Shown here in pieces: positions 62,671-64,000 of a stretch of DNA of 64,000 bases. Source of the DNA: Podarcis tiliguerta. Taxonomy: Eukaryota. Positions within the stretch are counted from its first letter, which is position 1. The number at the start of each line of letters is the position of its first letter. The translations under genes were made by a program, and so were the position numbers. The notes below the pieces were generated by a model that had not been told where the DNA came from, did not search any database, and saw only the letters and a program-made list of their open reading frames with translations. Where the stretch lies: NCBI GenBank assembly GCA_965153285.1, contig OZ229112.1; one strand, given 5' to 3'.

Positions 62671-63538
62671 TACAACATTCGCCGTTACTAGGCCTACAAC
62701 AGCAAGCCAAATCTCAGAAGTCACTGGCATGTTGAAAACTTTTGCTTCAGATGTTGTTCCAGAGGTTTCTCCTTGGCTTTGTTTGAGATAAGGAAACCCA
62801 CCAGAGCTTGGTTCTTCCTTTTCAAAGCTCTGACTAAACCATGGAACAGGTGAGGAACCTGCGGCCTTCCACATGTTGTTGGACTCCAACTCTCATTAAC
62901 CACAGCCAACAACAGGGCAAACCATCAGGTATGATAGGACCACAGGTTAGTTACCCCTGCCCTGGAACTGAGATGCAAATAATGAGGTGCAAATAAGAAA
63001 ATATCTCTTCTTCACCATAGGAAGTGCACCCCCTCTCCTCACACTGTTTTCAAAAACAAATTTGGATGTCCTCATTATAATCTGAATGCCAATTTTAGAT
63101 GCAGTGGTGTTTTACCTATCAAATCTGCAACTGAGCCTGTAGTTGCTATTTGAAGTCAAGCATTCACAAGTACATCCCCAAAAGCATCATAAAAAAATAT
63201 TTGCAAAAATATTTGTGTATTTTTAGGACCTGTATGTAGGCTGTATCCTTTAACAACACGTGATGTATTGCTCATCTTCTGTGACTCTGAAGTGATCACT
63301 GAATATGGCTGGATCAACATGAAATTATGAAGAGAGAAATTAGGGGGAAGCCAAAGCATAAAGGGCAGTTGGATAATGGAAGTTCAGATAATGGGAATTT
63401 TACTATCTCTCTTGATGATACACACTTCAGATGTTATTTATGGTCCTTACAACAGAGGTAGACAGATTTCAAGTGTGTTGGATCTACTTTGTTTTTTTAG
63501 CCGGATCCCAAAACCTCCTACGCAGAAGCAGGTGCAAA

Positions 63539-63790
63539 AGAGCCAGTGTGGTGTAGTGGTTAAGAGCAGAGGACTTGTAATCTGGTGAACCGGGTTCGCG
63601 TCTCCGCTCCTCCACATGCAGCTGCTGGATGACCTTGGGCTATTCACACTTCTCTGAAGTCTCTCAGCCTCACTCACCTCACAGAGTGTTTGTTGTGGGG
63701 GCGGAAGGGAAAGGAGAATGTTAGCCGCTTTGAGACTCCTTAGGGTAGTGATAAAGCGGGATATCAAATCCAAACTCCTTCTTCTTCTTC
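63539..63790 (+). mobile_element. tRNA-derived MIR/Ther1-related SINE (Squam3-like) with (CTT)n tail
   Basis: Box A tggtgtagtggtt, box B-like gggttcgcgtctcc, MIR-like core gaccttgggc...ctctcagcct, CTT-repeat tail. Confidence 0.8.
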
Positions 63791-64000
63791 GAAAGACATA
63801 CAGGTAGTATTAAAGGACAAGGTGCCTCTGAGCACATTCTGAATTGAAGGATTTGATTTCATACCAGAACTGGATTGAGATCACCATCTTTTCACACAAA
63901 AATCCTCTCCTGTTTAGCTTTCTTTACCTCAGCAGCCTAATTAAGTAGGATAAGTCATTTTGTGTTGTGATTTTTGAACAACTGGGAGTCAGAAACCCTT

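Noticed and set aside
63541-63615. tRNA-like sequence (also at 44554 and 23218)
   Set aside because: SINE heads continuous with SINE bodies and tails, not tRNA genes.
57900-64000. Search for EEF1A1 (expected neighbour by recalled synteny)
   Set aside because: No CpG island or EEF1A coding sequence is visible in this interval.

Overview
Vertebrate genomic DNA, almost certainly a squamate reptile (Sauria SINE, Squam3-like SINE and other lizard-type repeats; probably a lacertid lizard). It holds two divergently transcribed genes, each with its own CpG island, whose start codons are about 8.4 kb apart. The first is the 5' part of CD109 on the minus strand (coding exons 1-11, 24183 down to 1431; the gene continues beyond the window start). 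The second is the complete 11-exon SLC17A5 (sialin) gene on the plus strand (32632-55841, 1482-nt CDS, 493 aa). All exons were rebuilt by hand with GT-AG boundaries and consistent phases. The rest is intronic/intergenic DNA rich in transposable elements: Tigger-like and hAT MITEs, Sauria/MIR-type SINEs, L2 and CR1 fragments, a solo LTR and Penelope termini. I find no convincing wholly new biological system. The most interesting items are an L2 LINE with a twin-priming-type 5' inversion, Penelope-derived hammerhead ribozyme motifs between the promoters, a CLEAR/ETS/YY1/NF-Y sialin promoter with an in-frame upstream ATG, a nested solo LTR with an open frame and sense polyA signal, a 36-bp ends-only Sauria SINE, a MITE with an anomalous 16-bp flanking duplication, and an ARE/MAF motif cluster. 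Almost all ORFs in the supplied track are spurious. Repeat family names and human-orthologue comparisons are from recall, not database searches.
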